Part shown: positions 52,301 through 60,711 of the stretch, in pieces
Position numbering within the stretch: the first letter of the stretch is position 1
Layout of the letters: every line of letters begins with the position of its first letter
DNA from: Podarcis cretensis
Taxonomy: Eukaryota
NCBI GenBank assembly: GCA_951804945.1
Contig: OX638152.1
Coordinates: 12,896,001 to 12,960,000, forward strand
Length of the DNA stretch: 64,000 nucleotides
Direction: 5' to 3'
The notes under the pieces: model-generated
What the model was told of the DNA's origin: nothing
The model's database searches: none
The model's input: the letters and a program-made list of their open reading frames with translations, nothing else
Made by a program: the position numbers and the translations under genes

Positions 52301-55300
52301 TTTTCCACAAGCCTTTCCAATGTGGGTTCAATATTAGCATGCAAAACCGAAGGCTTTCATTTGAGGGAATGGCTGCACTTTGAAGCTAATAACAAGAGAG
52401 CACCCAGATGTGTATTCATGGGGGGGGGGAGGTTATTTTTTTTTAAATAAAAAATGGCTTGGGCTCTCTAAACAAATTCATAGCAACTGAACAAAACCTT
52501 TCTCAAGGTTCTTGGGGAGAAGGTAGGGTGTCAAGGTCCCATGCACTCAGCAGAGAGCTGCCAGAGGCATATATTCTTGTGGGGTTTGTCATAATGTATC
52601 CATGTCATGTTCCTGTCATTCTTAAATGCTGAAAACTAGTGCAGAGGGGAAGGGTATATGTGTCATGTGCTTATGTAGGAGATGTGCATTTTTTGGGTGG
52701 TTTATAGACTATTGCTCTTCAGCGGTCCAAACAATCAGGGTGACCACATGCATGTGAATGGCACAAGAAACTCATAGTTGATTGCGATTGCTTGTACTTT
52801 GAAGCTGGGCCTAAGTGAGCTGACTGAGCAGATCGTTAGAGACAGATGCGGAATCAAATCTGCATTATCTCTGCATAATAGATCTCTGTGCAGTTGCTCC
52901 CACAGCGGGTTATAAAAACTGAGACAGCAGTCTGAGGAGGGAAGCACTTTTGCTGTTGATACAGAAGCAAAGGGGAGGAAAAGCCCCCTCCATTCTGCCC
53001 CAGACTAGGTGTGCATATTTCAGATATGCAAGACGAAAGATTGCAACGGGCAAGAGATCCCACAGAGGCAGCAACTTGGAGGTGAGTGTTGCCCAACATG
53101 TGAGCCTTGGGTTGAGGGACCAATACGAAAGTAGGGTGAGTAGAAGTCCCAAGGATGTGGTACAAACTCAGAGGCATATCAGGAGTGGCAGGGGGCAAAT
53201 TTGGGAACAGTAGCTGCCATGTTGTCTTCAAGCTGCATATTTGCAAGGACAACTCTTCCACAACAACCTGCCCATGTTTTAAGATCAGCAGGTGAGACCC
53301 TACGCAGGACGAAGTACGCAGCGTGGAGCTCTGGGAAATGGCCTTTCCAGTGGTCACTCCTTGCATGCAGATCTCCCTCTCTACTACCTTTCCAGTATCA
53401 TTTTAGTTGGCTGGTTAAAATGTACCTTTTTTCAGAGGGCATTTGAAGGAGGAGGAACCCGATTAGATCAATGAATTAGCTGCTGCTGCTGCTAGTAAAT
53501 TGCTTCTTTAGCCAATTAAGAGTCATTGTGTTATGTTTTCTAAGGGCTGTGTTATATTAGGTAGCTGAAGTCTTATTCGGCTGTGCTGTCAAGTTGCCTT
53601 TTTATATGCAAAGGAAGGCATATAAAAGCATCCAAATAAATGAGAAAGTGTCGTGCAGAATGCAGTGCCCAGCAGAATAACAGGAAAATCCATGATATTC
53701 TGCAAGGAGCTGGGCTGGGAGAAGGAGGAAGGGGAAGAGAAACTGGGGCTGGCTTTTGAGGCAGAGAACAGAGCAGGAAAATATTGAGGCTTTGGTAGCC
53801 AGTGGGAAGCAGTGGTGGGTCAGGGTTATTACAAACCACTGAGGTTGCACCTGTTGTCTACCCCTGTCATAATACACAGTGTGGCCCATTAGGCTAACCA
53901 TTAATTATGCGCAAGAGAAGGTGATACATCTCCTGCTTCCTGATGATTTTGAGAGTCCCTATGTAATGAGACTGTTCCACTGTTTATGCACTGCCAACAA
54001 ACTAATAATGGGATTAAAATTGTGCTTCCTGAACTAAGTAATCAATCAGAGGCACTCAGTAAAGGCGGATATCTGACCTGGTATAGTCATCCTCGACAAG
54101 CATGTGCTTTGGGATAGGCGAATATCTTCCCGGTGAGATGGGAGCCAAAGATGCCTTGTATTCTAAAGTCCCGTTGTTGCCTGAAGACAGTATATGGTTT
54201 TCCATTGGCGGGGAATAAGCTGCAGGTTAAAAACAAACAAATGAGTTGTGATTACCTTGGGTTACATACGCTTCAGGTTACTTACGCTACAGGTTACAGA
54301 CTCCGCTAACCCAGAAATAGTACCTCGGGTTAAGAACTTTGCTTCAGGATGAGAACAGAAATTGTGCTCTAGCGGCGCGGCGGCAGCGGGAGGCCCCATT
54401 AGCTAAAGTGGTGCTTCAGGTTAAGAACAGTTTCAGGTTAAGAACAGACCCCCAGAACGAATTAAGTTCTTAACCCAAGGTACCACTGTAGTGGGATTTG
54501 AACACTGCACAGCTCGTTGTGGCAGAACTCATTTTATTTAAATGGGGATGGATCCCATTTAAGTCACTTTGGAATGAACGGGGCATGTTCGCCGTGACTG
54601 AACTCAAGCCCAACTGATTTCAGGGGGAGCTAAGTGCAGCTGACTTTCCCGGGATGCAGCTCAACATTTCTGTTCCGACCTTTTGTTAAACAGGCAGCCA
54701 ACCCTTCAGAGAAATTGGCAAATATGAAAGCAATTCAACAGTTAGCTACCTCAAACACAATAAAGCTGGCGCCACACAAAATGATCCCCTGAAGGGTTTC
54801 CTGCTTCCTTCTACCCCTCTAGCACCCTGAGATCTGGAGCCAGTCTCAGTAGGTGACCTCAAAAAGCAGACAGGTTCAAATGAGACAAAACTATTGTGAC
54901 TAAGGTTTGGGAACAGACAAGGGCATCCCATTGCTTGTTACTGCAAAAGAGGTCACACTTCTGCAAGCGTTAAAACCGAATGCTTCCAAAAGGTATGAGC
55001 TACATGTGAGACTTCAAATCCAGTCCTTTCAATTTGTTTTTGTCCATCAAGATGAATGGTCCTCCCACATCTTCGCATCCTGAGCTCAGGGTGTTTCCCT
55101 ATTCACCTGGGATTGAGTTTTTAGTTTTTCAAATGAAGTCACTTTAAATACACAGCATCTGAAGAGTACAGCAGTGTGTACAGCAGTGCTTCCCAAATTT
55201 GGGTCTCCAGCTGTTTTTGGACTACAGTTCCCATCATCCCTGACCACTGGTCTTGCTAGCTAGGGATAATGGGAGTTGAAGTCAAAAACAGGGTAGAAAC

Positions 55301-58300
55301 TGAACCAATGGATTCCAATTACAAGAAAGGAGATTCTGACTCAACATCAGGAAGAACTTTCCCGACAGTAAGAGCTGTACAGCAGTGGAATTGACTCCAT
55401 CTGGAGGTGGTGAACTCTCCTTCCTTGGAGGTTTCTAAGCAGAGGTTGGATGGTCATCTGTCATGGATGCTTTAGCTGAGATTCCGGCATTGCAGGGGGT
55501 TGGACTAGATGACCCTTGGGGTCCCTTCCAACTCTACAATTCCATGGTTCTATGACATTAAGAATGACAGACAGGCATTACTTACGATGGGTAATGTCTG
55601 GTGGGCCATAGGGATCAGTCATGTAAATGGTGGTGGGCTTCCCAACTTTTAAATAAACTACGTCGGATGTATTCTTCAATATTGCTACTGCTTCTTCATG
55701 TGTTACTTCTTCTAAACAGTAATTATTTACCTAATGGGAGTAAAGAGATGGATGCATTAGGCTGGTCACAAACTAAAATGCTACCTGTTCACATGCTAAT
55801 CAAGGAATTCAATATACGGTACCAATTAGATTATTACAGGTGAGAAGGTTTACAGCTTTAGAGGAATTCCCATTTAAAACTCAGAAGCCCCTGGATAAAG
55901 AATGATGGTTGAATGCTTGGATTCTAATTTAAAGGGCTTGTGTACAAGTTTCAAAATGAATATAGTTCCCTAACGTCCTTTGCTAATCACAGGACAGCTT
56001 GGTTTATTGAATGAGACCAGGACGGCAATTTGAATGAGAGAAGGCTGATGGGATCTCAAAGCATTTCACTGCAAGATGGCGTGCTTTGCAGCACACACGG
56101 GCAAATTGTTCTAGCACTCATATTATAAATAGATTCTGCTCTTTATCCACCAAATGGATGCACACACAGTGCAGAGTTACAAAAGTTGTGTGCCGCTCCC
56201 ACTCTCTGGGCGTCCAGGTATTCCTGGTATTGAGACACTGCAGAGCCTGTTGTAGTTTTAAGAAATATGTATTTACACCCTCAGTCTGCATGGAAGGAGC
56301 CCAGAGCTTACGGCATGGTGCTTTAAAGAGGGGCTTGTCCCCCACAGCATTGCAGCCGGCCTGCCCAAGATGGATCCCAGTCTCTCTATCTCTTTCCAGC
56401 AACCCTTGCTTAAGACCATAGGAGCCAACTCCTAGGGGCTGTAGAGGTTTCCACCCCCACAATAAAATATCTGATGGGCATTCCCATTCAAAGTATGTGT
56501 GTGCAGAGCATCATGTGATCAATTATGCAGGGCAGGGCTTACCTGGGCCCCCACAATATTTCATTCAAATTGGCACCCCTGCTCAAGACTTCCCTTTCCT
56601 GTTACCTCACACCCAGCTACCCTAGCACCTTCCAACCTTCACACCTCAGGGCAAGGGGGAAGGACAGTTCTCACGTATTGCCAATGGCCCTTCACACCCC
56701 AAATAATCAAAATCCTACCATTTCTATGAGTTTAGGCCCCCCCCCCGAAAAAATATACAACAGTAGCTTACAATCTTCCTTTTCATTAGTTCATTGCACT
56801 TTCCCCCAAGGAGAAAAAGTCAGCACACATGGTACTCCCTCACTTCCGTCTTTTATATTAACAACAGCCCCGTGAACTGAGTTAGGCCAAGGGATTGTAA
56901 CTTGGTAGAAGGTTTCCTATGGAGCCAGTGAAGTGCCTTCAGCTATTTGGGACCCATCCCTGATCACAGGCCATGCTGGCTGGGGTTGGTGGAAGTTGTA
57001 GCTTGCAACATCTGTAGGGCAACTCATTGGCTACTCCTGGCCTAGAGAATGGTTTAACTCTGGGTCAGACTAAGCACATGTGGACAAAGTTGGATTTCCC
57101 CAACTTGGCTGGTCTCAGCTGCTCTAGGGAGATGAGGTATACAGAAAATAAATAAATCACCCCCACATTAATTCTTCACTGGGTATTTTTTGTGTGTGGT
57201 GTGTATGTGTGTGTGTATGTGTGTGTGTGTGTTAGGTGCTGGCCATTTTAATCTAATCTGGAAGATCTTCAGTCTTCCTCTCAAGAGCCCCTCCAAGTAA
57301 ATTTTGCCCGAATTCAATAAAATCAAGCTGCCCGAATGTTGGGAGGAAGGAAACAGCGGAAGAGCAAGCAAAGAGTTCCGGGGAAACGTACAAATTTTAT
57401 TTAGATTTCTGGCTCAAGTGGAAAATTGCCCCCTTTACATCTGCTGTACACAGCCTCTTGGGATTTGATTGGATTGTAACTGAGAGGGAGCTGAGTGCCG
57501 GTTTTGTGCTGTGGTAAAGTTTTGCCCTTTTGAAAAAAACACACAAAACTCTTGAAAATCATTTCTGTTTCTTCTCATGCCTGTTCAAGTACAACTGTAG
57601 TGAGTGTTCTGCAGTGAACATCTGTGAACTGGGGAGCTGTAATTGGCCCATTGCTGCTTATTCAAATGGCTCTTTTGAAGCTCCGTGATTTGGAGAGCTC
57701 TAAAACTGAAGCAGTTCTCTCCCCCCTTCTTGTTGTTTCTTTTCTGAAGGCCTAAAAATTGCTTTAAGATAGTGAGTCTATTGTTCCACTTAATTGTCAA
57801 TGCATTGTCCCTCAAAGGACAGAACTGAATGGGCTACAGCTGCTGTCTGGGTTCAGCAAGGGAGGGAAACACACGCAAAAATAGTCAATTATATTTATTT
57901 ATCTTTTATAGGAAGCTAAGATGCTGTCAGGCCTGGGAGCATCTGGTTCAACAAGTCAGTGAGTTTCCTTCGAATCAAGAACCAAAATGCAAACACACAC
58001 ACACTCTAGCAATGGACAAAGCGATCAATTTCAGTTTCCCATAGTTTCTAATAGTTCAGTTGTAAATTCAGTTCTAAACATTTGTGCAGAAATTTGTGAT
58101 TAAAAAAAACAAACCCTCATGAAAATTTGTCAGCATTTTAGTGCAAATTTCTGTGTGCATTCTTGCAAGCAGTTTCGATTAATGTACACATTTCTCCAAG
58201 CAACTTTCCTTAATAGAAAACATTGTTTTCACTAATATATGTGCTTTTATGGACACTTTACCCAAGTATGTGCATTTTTGAAAAGTGCATTTCGGAGTTG

Positions 58301-58654
58301 TGGAGGACAACTGTGGTTCAGTTCACATTAAAAAGGCAAATGGAATCAAATCTATTCCCCATCTCTAAGAAGGAGGGAGCAAAATTATATGGAAGAGGGA
58401 AAAGGAGGAAGGCGGATTTAATTGGTCTGATCCAGTGAAATCTGTCCAACTGAATCTGAATATGTATTATATTACACCATCCAACTGCACATAAAAGCTT
58501 TGGCATCAACTTCTCACCATAAGGAGCCTGTCTCCAACTTGCAACCTCCCGTCCTTCTGCGCTGCGCCTCCATCAATAATTTTAGTAACATAAATACTGT
58601 TGTCTCCAGGAATGTGCTGATTCCCCACACCTCCGGCGATGCTGAAACCCAGAC
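11359..58654 (-). CDS. DLG2: Disks large homolog 2 (PSD-93), partial multi-exon CDS: 7 internal exons covering PDZ2, linker and PDZ3; gene extends beyond both window ends
   Basis: The seven exons have GT-AG boundaries and compatible phases (137+145+142+156+69+157+103 = 909 nt, no stops). DLG2-diagnostic residues as recalled: [54 protein letters not shown] and HSQHST. These differ from DLG1, DLG3 and DLG4. Confidence 0.96.
12198..12743 (+). mobile_element. L2-clade LINE 3' portion with (TTA)n tail
   Basis: Encodes [53 protein letters not shown] and ..[15 protein letters not shown], with one frameshift. Confidence 0.9.
12765..12990 (+). mobile_element. Degenerate MIR/Squam3-like SINE
   Basis: gagacagcatggagcagtggggttaag head, ctgggtgacctt core and cagggttgttg segment. 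Confidence 0.6.
13255..13460 (+). mobile_element. Older L2 3' fragment
   Basis: Encodes [38 protein letters not shown]. Confidence 0.75.
13600..14090 (-). mobile_element. L1-clade LINE ORF2 C-terminus and 3' UTR fragment, degenerate
   Basis: Minus strand reads ..[32 protein letters not shown].., followed by an A-rich 3' end. Confidence 0.7.
14945..15676 (+). mobile_element. GC-rich retroelement terminal segment, possibly DIRS/Ngaro-type or LTR
   Basis: Distinct composition, several internal inverted repeats, and AATAAAGTTGTGGCC near the 3' end. No TSD seen. Family assignment is by recollection only. Confidence 0.45.
16073..16639 (+). mobile_element. RTE-BovB LINE, 5'-truncated
   Basis: Encodes [33 protein letters not shown]...[13 protein letters not shown] with an internal stop. 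(AAC)n tail and TSD aacaggag. Confidence 0.95.
17494..17612. mobile_element. About 120-bp palindromic MITE (GGG..CCC termini; PIF/Harbinger-like, tentative)
   Basis: Arms gggtggtattcagcta..ttactcaga and tctgagtaa..tagttgactacaaccc. Related degenerate copies near 11150-11262, 24480-24570, 28790-28912, 38686-38799 and 63497-63560. Confidence 0.6.
17707..17755. repeat. (TG)n / (TTTG)n microsatellite
   Basis: Direct reading. Confidence 0.95.
17816..18301 (+). mobile_element. RTE-BovB LINE, 5'-truncated, ORF still open
   Basis: ORF 17829-18290 reads [17 protein letters not shown]...[10 protein letters not shown]. (AAC)n tail and 10-bp TSD aactgccttg. Confidence 0.95.
19256..19800 (-). mobile_element. 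L2-clade LINE 3' end (different subfamily) with (AAT)n tail at 19256-19298
   Basis: Minus ORF reads [33 protein letters not shown], followed by a long 3' UTR and microsatellite tail. Confidence 0.75.
19973..20259 (-). mobile_element. Squam3-type (MIR/Ther1-derived) SINE with (CTT)n tail
   Basis: Minus head GAGAGCCAGCGTGGTGCAGTG..GGGTTCGCTTCCCC, core GCTGGGTGATCTTGGGCCAGTCAC, and (GAA)n on the plus strand. Confidence 0.85.
20493..20667 (+). mobile_element. tRNA-Ala-like-headed SINE (Squam2-like, tentative)
   Basis: Head gaggccatatctcagtg..gagcatctgccttgca..aggttcaatctctagcatct and body gaaaccatggagagccactgcc. Related copies at 24573-24757 (-), 34965-35122 (+) and 42050-42205 (+). Confidence 0.65.
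20908..21043. mobile_element. hAT palindromic MITE
   Basis: TIR CAGTGTTTCCCAAACTTG with a near-complete foldback. Same internal GGACTACAACTCC motif as 2621-2757. Confidence 0.85.
21089..21245 (-). CDS. DLG2: DLG2 exon, PDZ3 N-terminal part: [52 protein letters not shown]
   Basis: Acceptor cttttctttccacag|A and donor TCT|gtaagt. 157 nt, phase 2 to 0. Contains the GLGF motif. Confidence 0.98.
21640..22330 (-). mobile_element. L1-clade ORF2 C-terminus and 3' UTR, interrupted by a Sauria SINE
   Basis: Minus frame reads [50 protein letters not shown]. Confidence 0.75.
21812..22113 (+). mobile_element. Sauria SINE, 5'-truncated, divergent CpG-rich subfamily
   Basis: Starts at the B-box GTTCGAATCCC. 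The body differs diagnostically from the other copies. (ACCTTT)n tail. Confidence 0.88.
23150..23900 (-). mobile_element. Old short RTE-derived element hosting a BovB insertion
   Basis: RTE-like 3' end (tggcatccatctgtctgaagagacaatggaatgtgcacct on +) left of the BovB, and RTE-like 5' sequence (tccaaaggaaagcagagcaatac..catccaaccgtcttaag) right of it. By recognition only. Confidence 0.5.
23288..23660 (+). mobile_element. RTE-BovB LINE, 5'-truncated
   Basis: Encodes [16 protein letters not shown]...[10 protein letters not shown], followed by an (AAC)n tail. Confidence 0.95.
24573..24757 (-). mobile_element. tRNA-Ala-like-headed SINE
   Basis: Minus strand reads gggccttagctcagtggtagagcatctgctttgcacacag..ggttcgattcccagc with tail ..cttcctat. 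Confidence 0.7.
25428..25496 (-). CDS. DLG2: DLG2 linker exon: [22 protein letters not shown](G)
   Basis: Acceptor ctttcctgtctatgcag|T and donor GG|gtaaga. 69 nt, phase 2 to 2. Resembles mammalian HSQHSTATRQPSMTLQRAVSLEG as recalled. This frame is not in the ORF track. Confidence 0.93.
25680..25833 (-). mobile_element. L2 3' fragment
   Basis: Reverse complement of the L2 end (cttcagatgtcttctaaaagtc..gggagggcgttcc). Confidence 0.8.
25863..26222 (+). mobile_element. Sauria SINE, full length
   Basis: Head GGGACACGGGTGGCGCTGTGGG and (ACCTTT)n tail. Approximate TSD tagtaggaaat/tagtaggcaat. Confidence 0.92.
26885..27007. repeat. Two abutting tandem duplications (40-bp and 29-bp periods)
   Basis: tgaggaatgattcatgcctggaattcca x2, then ccattgttctcacaggtattccctatgtt x2. 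Confidence 0.9.
28030..28198. mobile_element. hAT MITE containing TTAGGG repeats
   Basis: TIR CAGTGGCGTAGC(A/G)TGGG with a perfect 8-bp TSD agcacagt (28022-28029 and 28199-28206). Confidence 0.92.
28341..28708 (+). mobile_element. Old non-autonomous DNA-transposon-like repeat (TAGGG...CCCT family)
   Basis: Colinear with 37848-38222, 58010-58345 and the split copy at 3865-4825. Confidence 0.6.
28924..29183. mobile_element. Tc2/pogo-like MITE (CCGTA termini), short form
   Basis: TIR CCGTATTTTTCGCT with TA TSDs. A deletion derivative of 60712-61306 in the opposite orientation. Confidence 0.9.
29225..29357. other. Assembly gap (133 N)
   Basis: Run of N. Confidence 1.
30551..30680. other. Assembly gap (130 N)
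   Basis: Run of N. Confidence 1.
30721..31545 (-). mobile_element. L2 fragment interrupted by a Sauria SINE
   Basis: Minus ORF reads [22 protein letters not shown]...[10 protein letters not shown] and continues (RLDYCKLL..G) beyond the SINE. Confidence 0.75.
31160..31511 (-). mobile_element. Sauria SINE, full length
   Basis: Reverse complement of the 6755 copy. 13-bp TSD cccatgtgtaata. Confidence 0.92.
33415..33610 (+). mobile_element. Degenerate MIR/Squam3-like SINE
   Basis: ccaggttcaaatctcccactcagc..ctgggtgatctttggccagtcac core. Confidence 0.65.
33901..33941 (-). promoter_or_regulatory. Two RBFOX motifs (UGCAUG) immediately downstream of the 156-nt cassette exon
   Basis: catgca on + at 33936-33941 (intron +5) and 33901-33906 (intron +40). 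Function inferred. Confidence 0.55.
33946..34101 (-). CDS. DLG2: DLG2 linker cassette exon (52 codons): [51 protein letters not shown](S)
   Basis: Acceptor cttctctt...tatcaccag|G and donor AG|gtactg. 156 nt, phase 2 to 2. Lies within track ORF 33705..34238. Confidence 0.95.
34341..34421. repeat. Imperfect 27-bp tandem repeat, 3 copies
   Basis: ccagtgacaacgctgtgccgtaacata / ccggtgacaaaagtgtgccgtaacaaa / ctggtgtcaaagctgtaccataacatt. Confidence 0.85.
34965..35122 (+). mobile_element. tRNA-Ala-like-headed SINE, degenerate
   Basis: ggctcagtggtagagcat head, ctgagctagatggaccaatgg body and cctatgttccta tail. Confidence 0.65.
35232..35384 (+). mobile_element. tRNA-Lys(CTT)-derived SINE or tRNA pseudogene fused to a CR1 3' tail
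   Basis: 35239-35304 closely matches vertebrate tRNA-Lys-CTT (anticodon CTT at 35265-35267), but the acceptor stem is broken. It is followed directly by agattcctgcattg..ggactagatga..ggtcccttccaactct..ctatgatt. Confidence 0.8.
37848..38222 (+). mobile_element. Old non-autonomous DNA-transposon-like repeat (YAGGG...CCCTA family)
   Basis: cagggcatg...catcccta termini. Colinear with 28341-28708. Confidence 0.6.
40927..41065. mobile_element. Older hAT palindromic MITE
   Basis: cagggttggagaacc..ggttgccctgccctg with a gactacaattcccatca core. Similar degenerate copies near 4871, 18740, 29975, 47230 and 56930. Confidence 0.65.
43739..43838. mobile_element. hAT MITE, internally deleted
   Basis: TIR CAGGCATAGGCAAACT with a perfect 8-bp TSD ctctaaat. 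Confidence 0.92.
45141..45830 (+). repeat. Local duplication, copy A (contains MITE)
   Basis: Colinear with 50143-50585 once 45338-45581 is removed. Confidence 0.85.
45338..45579. mobile_element. Tc1/mariner MITE (third family, CpG-rich)
   Basis: TA-CAGTGGACGCTCGGGTTGCG...GTAACCTGAGGTATGACTG-TA. Absent from the paralogous segment at 50143-50585. Confidence 0.85.
47553..47795 (-). mobile_element. Tc1/mariner MITE (same family as 4457-4698)
   Basis: Right TIR AACCCGAGGTACCACTG-TA. Left TIR degenerate. Confidence 0.88.
49218..49440 (+). mobile_element. L2 3' end with a small internal deletion
   Basis: Encodes [40 protein letters not shown], followed by the 3' UTR. Confidence 0.88.
49606..49780. 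mobile_element. hAT MITE (same family as 56417-56581, opposite orientation)
   Basis: aggggtgccaacttgaat ... gagctggctcctgtg termini. Confidence 0.7.
50143..50585 (+). repeat. Local duplication, copy B
   Basis: Shares long blocks with copy A, for example cttcaggctggcctctactggac and ctgatcaagtaagtttaattg. Confidence 0.85.
54078..54219 (-). CDS. DLG2: DLG2 linker exon: [46 protein letters not shown](R/S)
   Basis: Acceptor tttgtttttaacctgcag|CT and donor AG|gtcaga. 142 nt, phase 1 to 2. Not in the ORF track. Confidence 0.96.
54250..54488 (-). mobile_element. Tc1/mariner MITE (same family as 4457-4698), left TIR clipped
   Basis: Right end AACCCAAGGTACCACTG-TA. Left end starts at taccttgggttac. 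Confidence 0.88.
55184..55290. mobile_element. hAT palindromic MITE, truncated
   Basis: cagtgcttcccaaa..ggactacagttcccatcatccctgaccactgg. The right arm is cut at the CR1 junction. Confidence 0.8.
55291..55554 (+). mobile_element. CR1 LINE 3' end
   Basis: Colinear with 4109-4339. Ends ggtcccttccaactctacaattccatggttctatga. Confidence 0.88.
55586..55730 (-). CDS. DLG2: DLG2 exon, PDZ2 C-terminal part: [48 protein letters not shown](P)
   Basis: Acceptor ctttactcccattag|GTA and donor CATC|gtaagt. 145 nt, phase 0 to 1. Not in the ORF track. Confidence 0.97.
56417..56581. mobile_element. hAT MITE
   Basis: CATAGGAGCCAA...TTGGCACCCCTG with 8-bp TSD cttaagac/ctcaagac. Confidence 0.8.
58518..58654 (-). 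CDS. DLG2: DLG2 exon, PDZ2 N-terminal part: (G)[45 protein letters not shown]
   Basis: Acceptor ttttcttccctag|GT and donor ATG|gtgaga. 137 nt, phase 1 to 0. Contains the GLGF motif. Not in the ORF track. Confidence 0.97.
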
Positions 58655-59439
58655 CTAGGGAAGAAAATGGAAAAGCTTTCTTCAAAGCGGGCAGAGAACA
58701 TTTGCTGAGCTAATGTACAGGGAGATCTGGGCATGCGGTCATTGAACGAAAGCTAGGTATGAACATTCAGGGCTGCCTCGTATTGAGTTAGCTCCACACG
58801 GAGTAGAATGCAGTAGAAGCAGGTTCTGCAAGCTCCTCTAGTCTTGTTTTTTAAAAGAAATGTCCTATTCCCCACAAGCAATCGCACCAGGCTCAGTAAG
58901 CTCCCGCTTCATTCACAAGCAGCCAGGTTTCTTACTTGGCACCTGTGTGAAAATTTTCATTTTCTGAAAAGCGATTCCAGTGACAAGGGGAGAAGAGATG
59001 TAATAGCAGATTTTGTGGCCCGTAATTTTTATTTCATGGCTATTCTCTTTGGAAAGAAGGGATGTCATAACACACTGGCATGATTAGAGATGGCTGCAAT
59101 TGGAAATATATTTTAAGAGGAAAAAAACCCTGAACTATTTCTGGATATCTGTGAACATTCTGTAAATTATGGCTTTCTGTAAGAGGAGGATGGGGGAAAG
59201 TGAAATAAGCTCCAGCTAGCAGGGTGGTTAAAATAAAGTACCATCTCATTCCCTAGGGAAGAAACAGAATTATTTTCATAACCACAGAGAGATTTCTCAA
59301 AAATAAAAGCGCACATAGTTTGCCCATTTCTATTTTCAAAGTGTTGGAGCAGTTGTGGGATCTCTTGGCACATCCAGAGAGCTTTCTGCCATGGTCCCAG
59401 CCCTTCCTTGGTCTTCTTCTAACACACTTGCATATAGAA

Positions 59440-59575
59440 CAGGCATAGGCAAACTCGGCCCTCCAGAAGTTTTGGGACTACAACTCCCATCATCCCTGAC
59501 GACTGGTCCTGTTAGCTAGGGATCATGGGAGTTGTAGTCCCAAAACACCTGGAGGGCCAAGTTTGCCTATGCCTG
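59440..59575. mobile_element. hAT (Charlie-like) palindromic MITE
   Basis: TIR CAGGCATAGGCAAACT with a perfect 8-bp TSD atatagaa. Confidence 0.93.
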
Positions 59576-59626
59576 ATATAGAACAACCCTGTGGGCAAAG
59601 CCAAGGACACGAGTCCTTCCTGCTCA

Positions 59627-60307
59627 CCATACTTTCCCATGTATAAAAGTAAAGGGACCCCTGACCATTAGGTCCAGTCATGACCGACTCTGGGGTTGTG
59701 GCGCTCATCTCGCTTTATTGGCCAAGGGAGCCGGCGTACAGCTTCTGGGTCATGTGGCCAGCATGACTAAGCCGCTTCTGGCAAACCAGAGCAGCGCACG
59801 GAAACGCCGTTTACCTTCCCACTGGAGTGGTACCTATTTATCTACTTGCACTTTTGACGTGCTTTCGAACTGTTAGGTTGACAGGAACAGGGACTGAGCA
59901 ATGGGAGCTCACCCCGTCACGGGAATTCGAACCGCCGACCTTCTGATCAGCAAGCCCTAGGCTCTGGGGTTTAACCCACAGCGCCACCCGCGTCCCCTTT
60001 CCATGTATAAGACGAGGTTTTTTTCCAGATAAAATCACCTCAAAAATTGGGGCCGTGTTATACATGGATAGTGCAGAGTGGGGATGGGGGATTGGTTCCT
60101 GTCGCGAGCAGCAGATTGTCAGCAGCAACAGCGCTGATTATTGGTGTCTGCGACAAGGTCAAATTGCTGTTCCTGCAGCAAATGGGCGGTTGATTGGTGG
60201 CTCTTGTCAGTGAGCAGGCACAAAAAAGCTCAACAACTTTGGGCAATTTCCCCCCATTTTCTGAATTTTGAGTCCCCCCAAATAGTCTTATACATGAAAA
60301 AATACAG
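59627..60307. mobile_element. Tc2/pogo-like MITE whose left TIR is split by the Sauria SINE
   Basis: Left end ccatactttcccatgtataa[SINE]gacg and right end gtcttatacatgaaaaaatacag-TA. Confidence 0.7.
59647..59996 (-). mobile_element. Sauria SINE, full length
   Basis: Reverse complement of the 6755 copy. TSD ttcccatgtataa/tttccatgtataa. Confidence 0.92.
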
Positions 60308-60670
60308 TAATTGATTGTAGGGAGGGAGCAGCACCTTGTCCACACTGCATATGCAAAAGTAAGAGAGAAGGTGGGGTGGAATCTAGGTGTTTTGAACCCC
60401 CTGGACTTGTGCAACTATATAATGCTATATTCTTTGGGCCAACACAATGTCTGCATGCATGAGGGTTGAAGGCCTTGCACAACGTGGCTCCAAACATTAA
60501 ATAATAACAATAAGAGTAACCACAGATAATATTATTAATATGAAATAAAAAAAATAATTCTGCTTGTGCCTAGCATACCAAGCCTTTAAAAAAAAAAGGA
60601 AAAAATGTTTTCAAAATCTTGATGGAAGAAACAGGGAAGCATAAAAACGGGCATGACCAAAAAGCAGCTA

Positions 60671-60672
<2 letters not shown>

Positions 60673-60708
<36 letters not shown>
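60673..60708. repeat. (TG)n microsatellite
   Basis: Direct reading. Confidence 0.97.
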
Positions 60709-60711
<3 letters not shown>

